A DNA stretch of 64,000 nucleotides from Eledone cirrhosa (lineage: Eukaryota), in assembly GCA_964016885.1 (NCBI GenBank), contig OZ024742.1, positions 261,702,001 to 261,766,000 on the forward strand. The letters run 5' to 3'. The notes beneath the pieces are model-generated. The model saw only the letters and a program-made list of their open reading frames with translations, was not told where the DNA came from and made no database searches. The stretch's first letter is position 1. Each line of letters opens with the position of its first letter. A program made the position numbers and the translations under genes. Positions 12,823 through 26,192 of the stretch are shown here, one piece after another.

Positions 12823-13599
12823 ATATATGTATATATATATATATACACACACATACATAAATATACATACACACCATACACATATAGACATATACATATG
12901 TAAATATATATATATACACACATATATATATACATATATATATATGTGTGTGTGTGTGTATGTACATATATATATATATGTATATTTATATACATATATA
13001 TGGATATATATATATATATAAATATGTGTATGTATATATATATATATTTGTTTATATATATGTATATGTACATATATATATGTATATGTACATATATATA
13101 TGTATATGTATATGTATATATATATCATAATTCCATGTTAATAAATCCATTGTTAGTTTTTAGGCACAGATCAATAATCACAGGATTATGTAATAAATAG
13201 AATGTGATGAAATTATAGTATACTGCCTTCTAATTCATTATTATATATATCACCATCACCATCCTTTTTATATCTGTTTTTTCGTGCTTGCATAGGTTGG
13301 ACAGGTCTTTTCAGCACAGCATCTTTCCACTCACTGCATTCCTTCGTTATCTCCTCTCACCATCAGCTTCGTCATCAGCCCTTGCCATCTCTGCTTAGGT
13401 CTTCCTTGGACTACTTGTACTGAGGGTTCCTTCCACTGGGATTTCCTGGCATTTCTTCACCCAACATTCATCATCCATGCATCTCAAATGCCCATACAAA
13501 AGTAGTTTTCTCTTTGGATTACCCTTAATTTCAGTTTCTCCTTCAGTTCATCCAAGCTCTGCTTTTCTCTCACATTTACATTGCACATCCAATAAATTA

Positions 13600-14005
13600 T
13601 CATCATCACCGTTTAACATCCATTTTCCAGGCTAGCATGGATTAGACGAACTGTCTCTTTGTAAGATAAGCTAGGTTGGATGACCGTGTTTTGCTCATAC
13701 GGAACTGATTTTGGTCTGGTTTCTATGGCTGTCCTTCCTAATGTCAACCACATTTACCTTGTGTACTGGGTGCTTTTTGTCATGAAACCTACACAACCAC
13801 TTTACAGTGTGGACTGGACACTTTTTGTCATGTCACCAACAACTTTACAGTATGGGCTGGGCGGTTTTTGTTGTGACACCTACCCAACAACTTTACAGTG
13901 TGCACTGGGTACTTTTATCATGACACCAACACAACCACTTTACAGTGTGGATTGGGCATTCATTGTCATGGCACCAAAACGACCACTTTATTGTGTGGAC
14001 TGGGG
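13600..14005 (-). repeat. SINE/RTE-tail-related element with an internal ~42-bp minisatellite
   Basis: Six or more units of cactttacagtgtggactgg..cttttt.tcatg.cacc following a reverse-complemented RTE-type tail. Confidence 0.65.
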
Positions 14006-14089
14006 ATTTGGGTGGGTGAGGTGCATACAATGACTGCAGAGAGCTGAGATCATAGTTATATATTCCCCGGATCATAGTTATATATCCCC

Positions 14090-15480
14090 CTGGAACGAGG
14101 TCACGGCGAAGGTGTTTGCACTCACCCAGAAGTGGGCCGAGTGCAAACTCTCCTTGAAAGGTCAAGAGGAGGTGGCGAATATTTACATAGCGTCTGTCAT
14201 CTACTACCGCTTGACAGTCGTGCCTTGTCCCCGCGAATACCTCACCAAAATGGAACGCCTACTCTTCAAGTTCCTCTGGAAGAAACAGGCTCCATTGGTG
14301 AGGAGATGCATCTGCTATCAACACCCTTCTAACGGAGAGCTGGGCATGCTGTGGCTGATGATGCACAAACACGTGCTGAGGCTACGCCATCTCCAAGTAT
14401 TCCTGACTGGCGAACCGGTGTGGCTGTCGTTTGTGAAACGAGCTCTTCCACAACTTGTCTCACTAACAGAGCTGAAGTCCTGGGTCAAGCGAAGACCGAA
14501 AATGGGTGCCTGGCACCTTGAGTGCCTTCAGGCACTCACAGCCCTCTACCAAGTGGAAACGGCAATCAGCAGAGACTCCACTTCGACATTCTATAGGGGA
14601 TTAGTGGAGGATAAGTGCGACAACGTTCTCGAGGAACTCTAGGCATTGAGGAAGACGAACTGACCAGTCTGTTCAGGAGGACTTTCCATCCAGGGCCTTC
14701 TAGATAACTTCCAGAGGACTCGGGCCTAGCAGTGCTACCGAGGAGCTCTACCAGTTCGAGACAAAATCTACAGGGACGGACGCCCTGGCAGAGATCCTGC
14801 TAAAAGGACCTGTCCAAGATGCGAGCAGGACATCGAAACCGTTCTGCACGCAATTATTCAGTGCCCAGGGGTGACCGACCTGTGGAATTATGTCGAACAG
14901 CTACTGTCACATGTAGGACACATCCAGTTGTCAGCCGAGTCCATCGTGAGGATCACCCCACCGCTTTCATTTAAGAATGAAGGAGAAGCGGTCTTTCTCT
15001 GTCTGGTGGCTATGGCGAAAGAGGTAATATGGTGGACGAGGTTAAAAGGACTGAGGGCAAACACCTTTCTCTCCGGACAACAACTTATCCCCTTCTTTAA
15101 GTATCACTTCAGAAGGAAGGTGAGAGTGGAGAGAGAGGTGCTACACCCCAGTAAATTCACTGAAAGGTGGGTGAATGTGGCGAAAATGGCCCGGGTGAAT
15201 GGGCCTTCTCTGTATATAAATCTGTAGGTTGAGGAAGATAAACAGAGGGAAGACGGGAACACCTATAAAATGTGTTCCTCGTGTTGAGGGTTGTTTTATC
15301 CGCGGGGTGTAAAACAACCCCCGCAGTAGCGTTACCCCCCACCCCTAATGGGGATTTCAATTGTTTTATTTCTATATAGTTTATTGTTATTTATCATTGT
15401 TAAAGATTTTATGTAAAACCCCCGCCGTCACATCTTGTAATGTCCCATTTTTGTATGCCCCTGTGGCAAATAAAGAAGAT
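14090..15480 (+). mobile_element. L1/Tx1-clade LINE 3' fragment (RT C-terminus, CCHC zinc finger, 3' UTR)
   Basis: LFKFLWK..PLVRR..C.QHP..G.LGM and CPRCEQDIETVLH....C, with in-frame stops. Ends at aataaagaagat. atatattcccc is repeated on both flanks. Confidence 0.8.
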
Positions 15481-15946
15481 ATATATTCCCCAGATATTAC
15501 GTCACACAATGACACAACCCACTAGACTGGAGAAATGGTGATGGTAGAGACCAGTACCAGGTAGCTAAGAGAGAAGCTAGGTGACAGGTATACACAGCTT
15601 GGAGAGAAGCTGAAAAAAGAAAGCTTGCTAATGTCTTGAGGTGTGAAGGATTGGTGAGGTAGATCTAGGCACATGGATGAGGGGTGGGGTGTTGGGACAT
15701 GGATGAGGTGTTACGACGTGGTAGGTGTGATGGAGTGGTAGGTGGTACATACTAAACGTATGCCTCAGCCTCTGTACATGGGAAGGCAAGTCTTCAATAT
15801 TATTGCATAATACTAGAGATCGCAGTCCTGAGCGGTGCAATTGTGGAAGTATAGTTGCTTCATTTCTCTGCAGCCTACGCATGTCCTCTGCAGTCACTGC
15901 CTTTGTTTCACACTTTGTACAGAGATGTCATACAGTCGTTCTTTTG

Positions 15947-16620
15947 TACAAGGTGTGTCAGACAAAAAACAGGACTGGAGTCGCAAAAAAAATATTTTAG
16001 ATCCAAACTACAAACTACAAGTTTTCCCTTCAGAATAATCCTCCTCAGATCTAACACACTTTCCCATTCTTCTCCGCCATCCCTTTATGCACTCCTGGAA
16101 GGATTCTCCACTGCTCCGTCGTCACAGTCTTCTTGATAGCTGCCATGCCCGGAAATGGATCATAGTCAAAGATCATGAATCTCCCTGGCATGTCTGGTTT
16201 AGTTTCAAGATGCTCGAGGATATCCTGACACACCTGCATGCACCACATCCTCTGGTCATCATTCATCAGCTTCAACACCATCTTCTGTATGCCCAAATCT
16301 TTGATAATAATCTTTCAAATGCTTTCACGGTTCATGCACAGCTCACTTGCGAACAGTCAACCAATGATCACCTCGTACCACATGCCTCCTGCATTCAATA
16401 TTAGCCTCAGTCATGCTCATTGAAGGTCTTCCACTCCTGGAGGTTGTCTTCCACATTTTGTGCCACCTGAAAACATGTGAGCATGACATCATCTCATCTC
16501 CAGACACTTCTGATGGAGTTTTCCTCAGCCAGACTAGAAACCAAGCTGGTTCATTGCTCTATGCCCATCGCTCGATGGCCTAAAATTGAGGAGTTGCTAA
16601 CAAAACCCCATGAAAAAACA
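15947..16620. mobile_element. Degenerate mariner-type transposon remnant
   Basis: ta-caaggtgtgtcag terminus. Minus-strand fragment DDQR..MQVCQDILEHLETKPD resembles the mariner transposase linker. Confidence 0.55.
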
Positions 16621-16659
16621 TACAATCGCTGCAGAGAGCTGAGATCATAGTTATATATT

Positions 16660-17030
16660 CCTTGACTGCTGAAAACCTGTGGAGGCTAGAAAGAAATGAG
16701 ATGAGTATGCTCTGATGGATGTGCAATGTTAGTGTGCATGAGTGACATAGCATAGGCAAACTGAGGGAAAAACTTGGCATAAGAGGAATAGATTGTAGTG
16801 TGCAAGAGAAAAGACTGTGTTGGATTGACCATGTGATGCACATGAAAGATGGCAGCTGCATAAAGAAATGCAAAGAAACCCCAGTGGCTGGGACCCATGG
16901 AAAAGGCAGACCCAGGAAGACTTGGGATGTGGTTGTAAGGACTGATCTTAGAAAGCTAAACTTTACAACAAAAATGACTAAAGACTGTAAGAGATGGCGC
17001 TTTACAGTGCTGAAGAAGATCTGACCTGCA
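16660..17030 (+). mobile_element. RTE LINE 3' fragment
   Basis: RLCWIDHVMHM..GKGRPRKTW, the RTE C-terminal motif. Confidence 0.8.
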
Positions 17031-17542
17031 GCATACAATGTGACCTGACCTCTCCTCCCCTCTTCCACTAGTACTCTCTAACAGTTATTCTCAACTTCAC
17101 TTCTTCAACCCTCCCCCATACACACGAATTCCTTGCACCTGCCGATTGTAAAGTGGTTGATGATAGGAAAAGCTTCCAGCATTGGAGAGTTTGTCAAGCA
17201 AACAAAAGGGTCAGGAGGACCCTTCAGTTATGTCATGGAGATGACAGCCTCACTAGTGTTTGGTGATCTAGACAATAAATGCACCCAGTACACACTGTAA
17301 AGTGGTTGGTGATAGGAAGGGCATCCAGCCATAGAAAACTTGCCAGACAAAGGGTCAGTTTTGTCAAAGGCATGACAACCTCTCCTGAGCACTCAAACAT
17401 GAGACTGTACATATACGCACAGGTTCCTAGCCTTCCTGCAAGATCAGTGGCTCAGCTTCAGTACTGACTCAGTCTATATGGACCCATCCAACCCTTACTA
17501 GCATGGAAAGCAGATGTTAAAGCAACAATGATTTTGATGATG

Positions 17543-17584
<42 letters not shown>

Positions 17585-17589
<5 letters not shown>

Positions 17590-20500
17590 ATGTATAAAAT
17601 CAATACAATATTATTACCTCATTACCAGAGGTTTCCCGAATGAGGCGAATACGAAATAAACGACTTCATTCGTTCGTCAGACGAGGCAATATAAAACATG
17701 GGCAAATACTTAGAAAAACACATCAAGAAAATCAAAAAAATATATAGATAAATGAAATAGAAATTGAAATATATAAAAATCTATCAAGAAAAATAGTTAG
17801 GTGTGTGTATGTGTATGTATATACGCTCACAGATGTGCATATATGTATATGTGCACATGTAAATGTATAGTTAGAAAGTGTGCGTAATTATAAAAATTTA
17901 GGGCAAGTGTATCTATATGTCTGTATTATACAGACAGAAATGGTTACATCGTAAATATGAGAATATAAAGTCGCGCGCATAAAAACGCCTGGACACTCGT
18001 ACACTTAGATGCGGAAAGAAAGGAGGTAAAGAGTGTATAATATTTAAAAGAAAAGTATCGGTCTCGATATATTTGTAAAAATATAGTAACGATAAATTAG
18101 AAAGAAAAGATAGAAAGAAAAAATTAAAGAAAACAAAAAAAAAAGGGGGGGGGTACATACATACACAGACACGCGTGTCTCACAAAAGAAATGTAAAAAT
18201 AATTATGCTTATATACACACGCGCAATTACACTTCCATACGTTCGATACGTACATACACACACACACACACACACACTTATACTAGCGCATATAAACCTA
18301 TTTGCATGCCCACGTATGAAACTGAGTAAGTAACAAAAGAGGGAAGGGAGGGGGGGGGGGGAGAAGAAAAAAGGAACAAAAACATAAAAACGAAATGTCA
18401 AAAACACGGATATAAAGACAACTACACATACGCATAATATATACATACACACACAAACACCTATACACACACACATACATACGCGCACATATATATATAT
18501 ATATATATATACACATACATACACGCACGCGCGCGCACATACGTAGTCACTCGTGTACATATATAAAAAGTATACACACATTAAGGCGTTCAGCCATATT
18601 GAAATGTGGATAAATAAGTACAAGTATAAAATTGTAAGATAGGCTGCGCAAAAATAAAATAAAAATAAAAATGAAAAATATATCTGGATTGAAAAACACA
18701 AAAGACAAGTGTAATCAGTTAGTGGAAGAAAAGGGAAGTAAAAGAAGGGGAAGTAAAAAATAGAAAATAGGAAGTGGATCGGAGAATAAAGGGGGGGGGG
18801 GGGGGGTGAAGTAAAAATAAATAAAAGTGAAAATAAATGAAATTATTGACAAGGATAAGAATGAAAGTAAGTCAGAAAGGGTAATTAAAAAGAGAATAAT
18901 AAGAGATTATGGAGGATAAGTATCTGAAAGTGTGTTAAGTTTATATGAGCTGGAAAGCAAGTGTGATTTCATGTGTGGGCAACTGGTAAAAATTTCCGTC
19001 TTTGTGTTCAGGCAGGTCTTTGGTGATTTAAGATTTTGCAATATCCAAAATTTTTCATTTATGCAGAGCGTGCATTTTCTTGTTCCTCTAGCATATTTTT
19101 TAGATTGGTTCAAAATTGACCAATCTAGTTTATATTGGATGCCTTGGTCTTTCAAATCCCAGATTCTGCTAGCCAGAGCTGTTGTAAATCTTTTTTCTGG
19201 ATGTCGAAAGGATGCGACATGTGAGTAATAACGCGTTTTGAATCTGTCTTGCGTCATACCCACATATCGTTCACTGGTGACTGGATGGTTGTTGCTGATG
19301 GTTGTCACATTAGCCGCATATACAATGGCTTTGGTGTTGCATTTACCTTGTAATGGGCATTCACTTTTGATTCTACAGGAGCAAGTTTGATTTTCTCTAG
19401 GTGAAATTTTGTTGAGGATATAGGACTTAATAGGGGGACCGCAGGAATAGCTAATTTTAACACAGTTTCTGTTAAAGATCTTATAGTATCTATGTGTTCT
19501 AGGGAAATGTTTATCTAGGAGTTCTAGGAATTTTTTGCCTACATTAGTTTTAACTGCTAGAGAGTAGGGGGGTGTGTGAACCAGATTATTTTTCTTTTCC
19601 TATTTTTATGTTTAATAGAGTTAGTGTAGTTAGGTATGTATTTAATCGGTTCGCTAAAGCCGCTATTTTGGAGGGCTATATTATAGTAGGGGGATGCCTT
19701 ATTGAAAATAGCTTCTGATGAAGAGAGGGTGGAGATCCTACAGCTAATATTAGGGATAAGGTTTTTAAAAACTATAGGTGGATGGCAAGATCCTTTATTT
19801 ATATATTTTAAGTTTTCATTAGGTTTATGGTATGGTTTATAAGAAGCAGTAGGCAAATCTAAGTTTATATCTAGGAAATCTACGTTGGACACGTTAGTAT
19901 CAATAGTAATTTTAAGATTAAAACTAGCAAAGGTTTTTATTAAGTCTTTCCTTAATCTATCTAAGTTATGGCCTATGGTGGTATGGGAAAGTATTAGACC
20001 ATCATCGCGATAAAGCCCAAAAATATGGTTAGGAAATTTTTCTTTAAGTGTATGTAAGAGGAATAGGCCGACCAGATCACAAACCTCGGCACTGTCATAA
20101 GAGCCCATTGAGACATCGAATGGGTTCTCTGGGTTAGATATTTTTACCCAAGTGTCATTATCATTAAAAAGAAGAGTGTTCCTAGCATGCAAGATTACAT
20201 CCTCTTCAATATCGGAGATATTAGTGAACCCTCTAGCGAAATTTAAAGCTTTCACTAAAAGGGTCTGAGTAATAGATGGGTAGAAATCTACGATATCAAA
20301 TTGGGTGAATCTAGAACTGATTTTGTTTTTAATATTATTAAACCAATGTACTACGGAAGAGCTATTTATCCATTGGAGTAATTTAGACTTACTTCTAATA
20401 TGTGTATTTAATTTATTTAAATTTTTTTTACTGGCAAGACCAATATCAGTCTTAGCAGGGTTGATTAATCTACAACTAGGGTGATTAATAAAGTCGGGTT

Positions 20501-21152
20501 TATGATCTTTAAGGGTTTAGCAAGTTTTTCTGTCCTATTATCTATTTCTAAAGAAACAGCTAATTCTTTAGCTTCCTTATTTATATTATGGTACGTATTT
20601 ATATTAGCTATTTGGTATTTAGAGGTGATATTATCTATTAATAGTTGGTCGTGTAAATTATTATTAACTTCATATAGGTTTTTAGTTTTATCTGAGAAGA
20701 TGAACTTATTATTAGAAGATTTGAAAGTAGAAATATCATTAGATAATTTGGATTGAAAGGGGTTAGAGTACTTACAAAAATTGATGTTGTTGATAAGGTT
20801 AACTAGGTCTAATTCAAAGGCGGTCATATCTTTTACTCTTTGCGGGTATTTGTGAGTTTTGATGTCAAAATGTTCCGTAGAATCCGTGTTAAATTGACCA
20901 TCGAGAATCAAAGCTTTCCATCTCATTCTTTTAACAACCTTCTCTACTTTGTCTATCAGTATTTTCGTGTAGAGAGTATTAGAAGGTGTTGGGATATTCT
21001 TTACAGAGTAGTCCAAAGGGTATTTGTCCATATTCGGTATTGGTTTAAAATCCTATGACTGGAGAGTGCTCGACTTAAAAAGGGCTGGAAGGTGCCAATC
21101 TCATAACGATGTAGAATATGCTACGATCATATATGTAGAATATGCTACGATA
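17585..21152 (-). mobile_element. Near-full-length Penelope-like element (Naiad-like), two frameshifts
   Basis: ORF pieces 21031-20465, about 20500-19557 and about 19570-18907 carry YSVKNIP, FSDKT, FDIVDFYPSI, FDVSMGSYDSAEVCDLVG, GLYRDDGL, WF.PPYS, CSCRIKSECPL and GIY-YIG (AIVY...YVGMT..FKTRY..H...CTLC..EK). About 1.3-kb 3' UTR, (TA)n on both sides. Confidence 0.88.
17617..17686 (-). ncRNA. Complete type-I hammerhead ribozyme at the 3' end of the Naiad-like element
   Basis: Minus strand reads cctcgt-CTGACGA-a-cgaatga...tcattcg-g-GAAA-cc tct gg-TA-atgagg. All three stems pair and the cleavage triplet is GUA. Confidence 0.85.
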
Positions 21153-21167
21153 TATATATATATATAT

Positions 21168-21460
21168 AAAAGGTTGTGAGTTCAATTCTCAGACCAGGTG
21201 ATGTGTTGTTTCCTTGAGCAAGACACTTTATTTCACATTGCTCCAGTTTACTCAGCTGTAGAAATGAGATGATAGGGACTGGGGTCCCTATCATTCCACT
21301 GCAAAGTGGTCGTGGAGGTGCCACGCCAAAAAAGCACCCACCACTCACTGTAAATGAGGTTGGTGTTAGGAAGGGCATCCAGCTGTAGAAATCAAGCCAG
21401 AATCAGTTCCCGTCCCACCCTTGCAAGCAAGGAAAAGTGGACGTAAAATGAAATGAATGA
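21168..21460 (+). mobile_element. SINE copy (family of 3651-3984), 5'-truncated
   Basis: Near-identical to 3685-3975. Confidence 0.85.
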
Positions 21461-22890
21461 ATATATATATATATATATATAGTTATACTTTAGGAGGGTC
21501 ATGCTGCCAATAAAATACTCATCTGTTGGATTTCATTTCAAATTATTATTATAATTTTCCAGTGGGTTAATTTAATAACCAGATGGTTTTCTAGTTGTTG
21601 ATTGTCATCAAAGCTCTTTCCTCACACATTTTCTGACCTCCTCAGTGAATACTTTTATTGTTAGGGTTATTGAGGATAGAGGCCAGCAATTTGGTAAAAA
21701 AATCTGCAATTGGCTTGTGTAAACTCATACAGTGCTCGAGAAATGGAAAAATAGTATGCCAGACAAGTCTGGCAGAATGTAAGTAGACAGCCTGTTAAAC
21801 TACATCCAGACAATGCAACCCCTCATCATCGACACAAGAGAAAAAACACCACAAAAGCCTGAGGAAAGAGAAAAAAACCTCAATGCTCACATGATGATGT
21901 GGTCTAGCATAATGCAGCCTAATAAGAGTACAGTTACAACTTCCAGGCCTGGAACAATGACCGACACTGTATGGACTTCACAAATACCACAAAACAAATA
22001 GTGATCCAGTCACAGGACTACCAACACAGCCAGTCTGTGGAGCCAATATTGCCAGCAACTATAGACTCTCCTACTTCCTCTTCATGATCATATGCCCCAT
22101 AATTGAAATGTCCCCAGACATATGTGACAACACAGACGACCTCCTTGGCAGAATCAACGAATGCAACCTATCTGGGGATCTGACAGGCTGTACAATAGGG
22201 CGTATGAATGTGGTATTCCTATACCCATCCATTGATATAGATTTTCTGTTAAAAATGTGTGGCGATGATCAGCGAGAGTCAGGTAGAATTCTGTGGGATT
22301 GACACCAGTGAGTTGGGACTCCTGCAGGATAAGGAATACTTAGATACACATGACCTTAGCGGCCTCTGTCCTACAAGGACAAGGAGAGACAGACCACCTA
22401 TCATTACCTCAATAGCAAAGAAGACCCTCACAGAAAGATGGAGTGAATGGACCAGAGCCATATGAACTCCCAAAAACCATGACCAAGTTAAGAAATTGAT
22501 TGCACATGTGGTGGGGGCCAGTATAAGACTAACTGTTAAGGAACATATGTTTAAGTTCAATAGCAAAACATATACTCAAGAAGAGGAGATGGCCGTTGGT
22601 GTCAGCATCATGGGTGACAGCTAACCTCTTTATGGTATGGTGGGACAGGAGACTTTAGAAACACTTAGATGAGAGCTCTATAACCCTATGTACTCATGCT
22701 ATGTAGATGACATCAATATAGTATTTAAAATATCCCCACAGGAGAATAGTCAGGAATTAAAAAGGAACACCATGGAAAGCATCCAGCAAATAGCAAACTC
22801 CATCCACCAGAGTATTAAAGTTACCGAAGTATTAAACACCCCAACCATAGACTACCTGTACTAGTGACACAGAACTCTGGTTAGAAACCA

Positions 22891-24032
22891 TCTATATATA
22901 TAAAACTGTTGTTGTCTGTGTGTGTGTGTGTGTCCTCATTTTTGCAAAGTCTATACAAATCCACATTTCTACTCCAATTGACTTCAAACTTGCATTTGTA
23001 TATTCGTTGCAGTCTAAATATATTAACTGCAGCTTTTATTTTTCAATTTTCTGTTGTTAAAGGGGTGTTAGGCGCCGGTTATCAATCTCCGTCGCGCTCT
23101 TATAATATCTGTCTGTATGACTGGCTGTCTGCATTACGACATTCTGATGAACATTGATGACGTATTATGTTCGCTATTATCCGTTCATTGCCAGGGAACG
23201 TCTTCACGAACCAAAGTATCGTCTTCCTGTTTTCCTTCAATTGCAACGTTTTTCGAAATATTTACTTCTGCGTTCACAGATTGATATTTTCAGTTTCAGA
23301 AGATCCCGTTAAGGGTGAATGCAACGATTCTTTGCTTAAACTTTAATCTATTATTTTAATCTATATATGTATATATATAAAACTGAGGAAGGATGTATGT
23401 ATGTATGTATGTATGTATGTGTGTATGTGTGTGTGTGTGTGTGTGAAACGCCGAGACGTACCCAACCAATTTTTTTCAAACTTTACATGTGTATTATTTA
23501 TGTTTCAGGGAGTGTTATGCATATAAAAAAAATTCCACTTTTTGATCCCCTAGGGCCCGCATTAGGTGAAAAACTGCGTTTTTTCAGATTTTTAGGGGGT
23601 TTTTTAGGCGTTACGTCAGACCGATTTCCTTGAAATTGTAACCATGTATTAATCAGTCTCTTCTTCATACCGTGAGCAAAGAAAATCTAACTTTTTTATG
23701 GCCTAGGGCTCGCATTAGGTGAAAAACTTCATTTTTTCAGCTTTTTAGGGCTTTTTTGAGGCGTTACGTCTAGCTGATTTTCCTGAAATTTCAAGGCATA
23801 TTATGCACATAAAAAAAATTCATTTTCTTGATCCCCTAGGGCCCGCATTAGGTTAAAACCTGACTTTTTCCTGCTTCATCGAGGAAAATCTTAGATTATC
23901 CAGCCATCAGAGTATTCGGTTTATTTTCTTTACGTATTTTCCAGGCATGCAATTTTTCCACAATTGGTCTGTTGGCGGCCCGCGTTCCAAAATACCTTAT
24001 CCCATGCAATGCCGGGTACCACTGCTCGATAG
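22891..24032 (+). mobile_element. Non-autonomous Helitron-like element
   Basis: 5' TC(tatatatataaaactg), 3' GC-rich hairpin (cccatgcaatgccggg) then ...ATAG. Inserted between A and T with no TSD; removal restores the PLE frame WLETIIKDK. Second 5'-like end near 23360 and internal ~150-bp repeats. Confidence 0.7.
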
Positions 24033-25089
24033 TAATAAAAGACAAACTCTCCATTGCATTATGCCAAACCCATGGCCTCCAAGTACCTGATCCACCAAAA
24101 CTCAGCCATTTCGGATGTCAACATACTAATCGTGGGCTTAGTAAGAGTGATGAGGAATGTGTCCCGCATGTGTGATCCTAAAGAATTAGAGAGACACATA
24201 CAACATTTCATCCACCGCATGCATCTCTGGCTACAATCAGAGAAACAGGATCAGGGTGTATAAAGGAGCCAGGGCCAAATGAGTGAATATTATAAAAAAT
24301 TATGTGAATGGGACTTGCCTCGTGTATAGGAGCAAATTTTGGAATAGGATAGAGAGAACTAAGAAAAAGACAAATAAGATCAACTCATGGTATGACAGCA
24401 ACAGATACCAGAGTGCAATGTTCGTCAATGCTACACCCAGAGGCAAACTAACATACAAATTTAGAAGGGCTCTAGACAAACTAAAATTAAATATTAAGAT
24501 TAGTAGAAAAACCAGGTATTCCCATAAACGCCCTGGTTAGTAGAACGTACCCTTTTGAGAAAACCCCTGTACTGAGAGAAAATGTAGTCTGCAGATTAAG
24601 CCCACAAATTAACTATAAAGTCTCAATGAGGATCCTTCATTGAGGAGATTGTGCCACAGGCACTAACCCACATGAAATGATACATGTACACTTCTTAATT
24701 GTCCCTCAACAATGTAGAAGTGTGCACAAGTGCATATGTGGTCTATAAGATCACATGCAAAAAATGTAGCACCTTATATATTGGAAGTACCATACACATA
24801 TGGATCAAGGAGCATGTGACAATGAGAGCCTCTTCCGTTAAAGAACATCTTGACAGATGCTGCAACCAAAACATTGAGGTCACTATAGTGGCAACAGAAA
24901 GGAATATAGGAAATTTAAGGATTAAAGAAGCCATTTTCATCAGCAGAATAAAACCAAGGATAAATAATAAGTCAGAAATGCACAAAGTAGAAAACCCGCA
25001 CATGCGCATATGTTTTTCAAACACATGGACTAGTTAGGGAAGAAAACTCTAATTGCTCGTTTTCTTTTGTCTTTGACTGTTTCAGCTTT

Positions 25090-25127
25090 GCATCTGAAAA
25101 GAGGGTAATAGCCCTAAAATATCATGC
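25090..25127 (+). ncRNA. Degenerate hammerhead motif just downstream of the PLE ORF
   Basis: gcat-CTGAAAA-g-aggg taatag ccct-AAAA-ta-TC-atgc. Stems intact, two G-to-A core changes. Confidence 0.5.
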
Positions 25128-25219
25128 TAAAATATACTAAGTAAAACATTACTTTGTTTCATTTGTCGTCATTTGCCCTTCATATTTTCTACCACACTGA
25201 CAGATTTTTTTTTAATTAC

Positions 25220-26030
25220 ACTGTGTAACAAAAAAAAATTTTTTCTCTGTTCCTGGCTTGTAATCACTTTTTTGTGTTGCTTAGGTCCCAAATAAATAAA
25301 AAAAAAAGTGCTATTAAACAGTTAAAAGTTTGGGTTTGTAAAAATTCTAAGCTATTCACTAGAATTATTTGTATGCTGGATTTTACGTTGTAAGTTTAAT
25401 TTGCTTATGTTAAATGATATTTTTATATATGTTTCAGGTTAAATTAAAATTATAAAACAAAGAGTAATACCTAAAGAAAATTATAAAAGTGCAATAAAGT
25501 CTAAAATTGTTAAAAAGTGGATTAAAGAGATTTATTGATATTGGATTTTCGCACCCTGAATAAAGGGTAAGTTGTGTTTTAAACATTCGTCTCCAGGATG
25601 AAGCAGTGGAACTTGGTCAAGGAGGAAGTGCAGGTGACAAGTCAGAGAAATCGACACAAACCTTTCTCAGGCTTTTACACTCTTAGGGATGGCCTTTGCT
25701 TCTGCCATGACGTGCTTGGACTGTTTGACGTTATTGGGGTACCGTTTGTGCCCAAGAAGTGGCGACTATTTATAGACAGCTCCACCACAATGGAAACAAG
25801 TTCCCGACACTGCCCCTAGCTCATTCAGTCTGCCTGAAGGAAGATTACTACAGTGTGAAAGTCCTCTTGGAAGCTCTGCAATACAACCTGTACAATTGGG
25901 AAATCATTGGAAACTTCAAGATGGTGGTTTTCCTGCTTGGACTCCAAAGAGGCTTTATCAAATTCCAATGCTTCCTCTGCCTTTGGGACAGCAGAGCCAC
26001 CTCTGACCATTACAAAAGAAAGAACTTATC
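25220..26030 (+). mobile_element. Chapaev (CMC) transposon fragment
   Basis: cactg terminus. WRLFIDSS and LHNGNKFPTLPLAHS..LKEDY....FKMV.FLLGLQ.GF.K..CFLCLWDSR transposase motifs. Confidence 0.7.
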
Positions 26031-26111
26031 GGCCTTATACTATATATATATATATAGAATAAGAAAAATGTGAAGTTCAGTGTAGATGTTAAAGAGTCCT
26101 TTATTTACAAA

Positions 26112-26192
26112 GCTGTGATACATATTTCAATGACGATCATGTCTACGTGATTGTTCAGTTGCGTAACCGGTCATGTGATACCATCAGACAGC
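26112..26192 (-). ncRNA. Type-I hammerhead-like motif with long stem II (core variant CUGAUGG)
   Basis: Minus strand reads gctgt-CTGATGG-...-GAAA-tatgta-TC-acagc. Flanks are homologous to 31950-32112. Confidence 0.6.

Larger units (their letters stand above)
21700..25180 (+). mobile_element. Decayed Penelope-like element (RT + GIY-YIG) interrupted by a Helitron
   Basis: Fragments MNVVFLYPSID, YVDDI, YAKPMAS, VVYKITCKKCSTLYIGST...KEA.FI...KP.IN. Degenerate hammerhead at 25090-25127. Confidence 0.75.

Noticed and set aside
12823-13128. First ~100 aa of the 778-aa ORF
   Set aside because: Microsatellite read-through. PLE homology begins only at about KSNFTPP.
18907-21031. Selenocysteine recoding, which is described for some Naiad elements
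   Set aside because: The conserved Cys positions I could read in the linker and endonuclease use TGC/TGT. The ORF breaks are frameshifts, not in-frame TGA.
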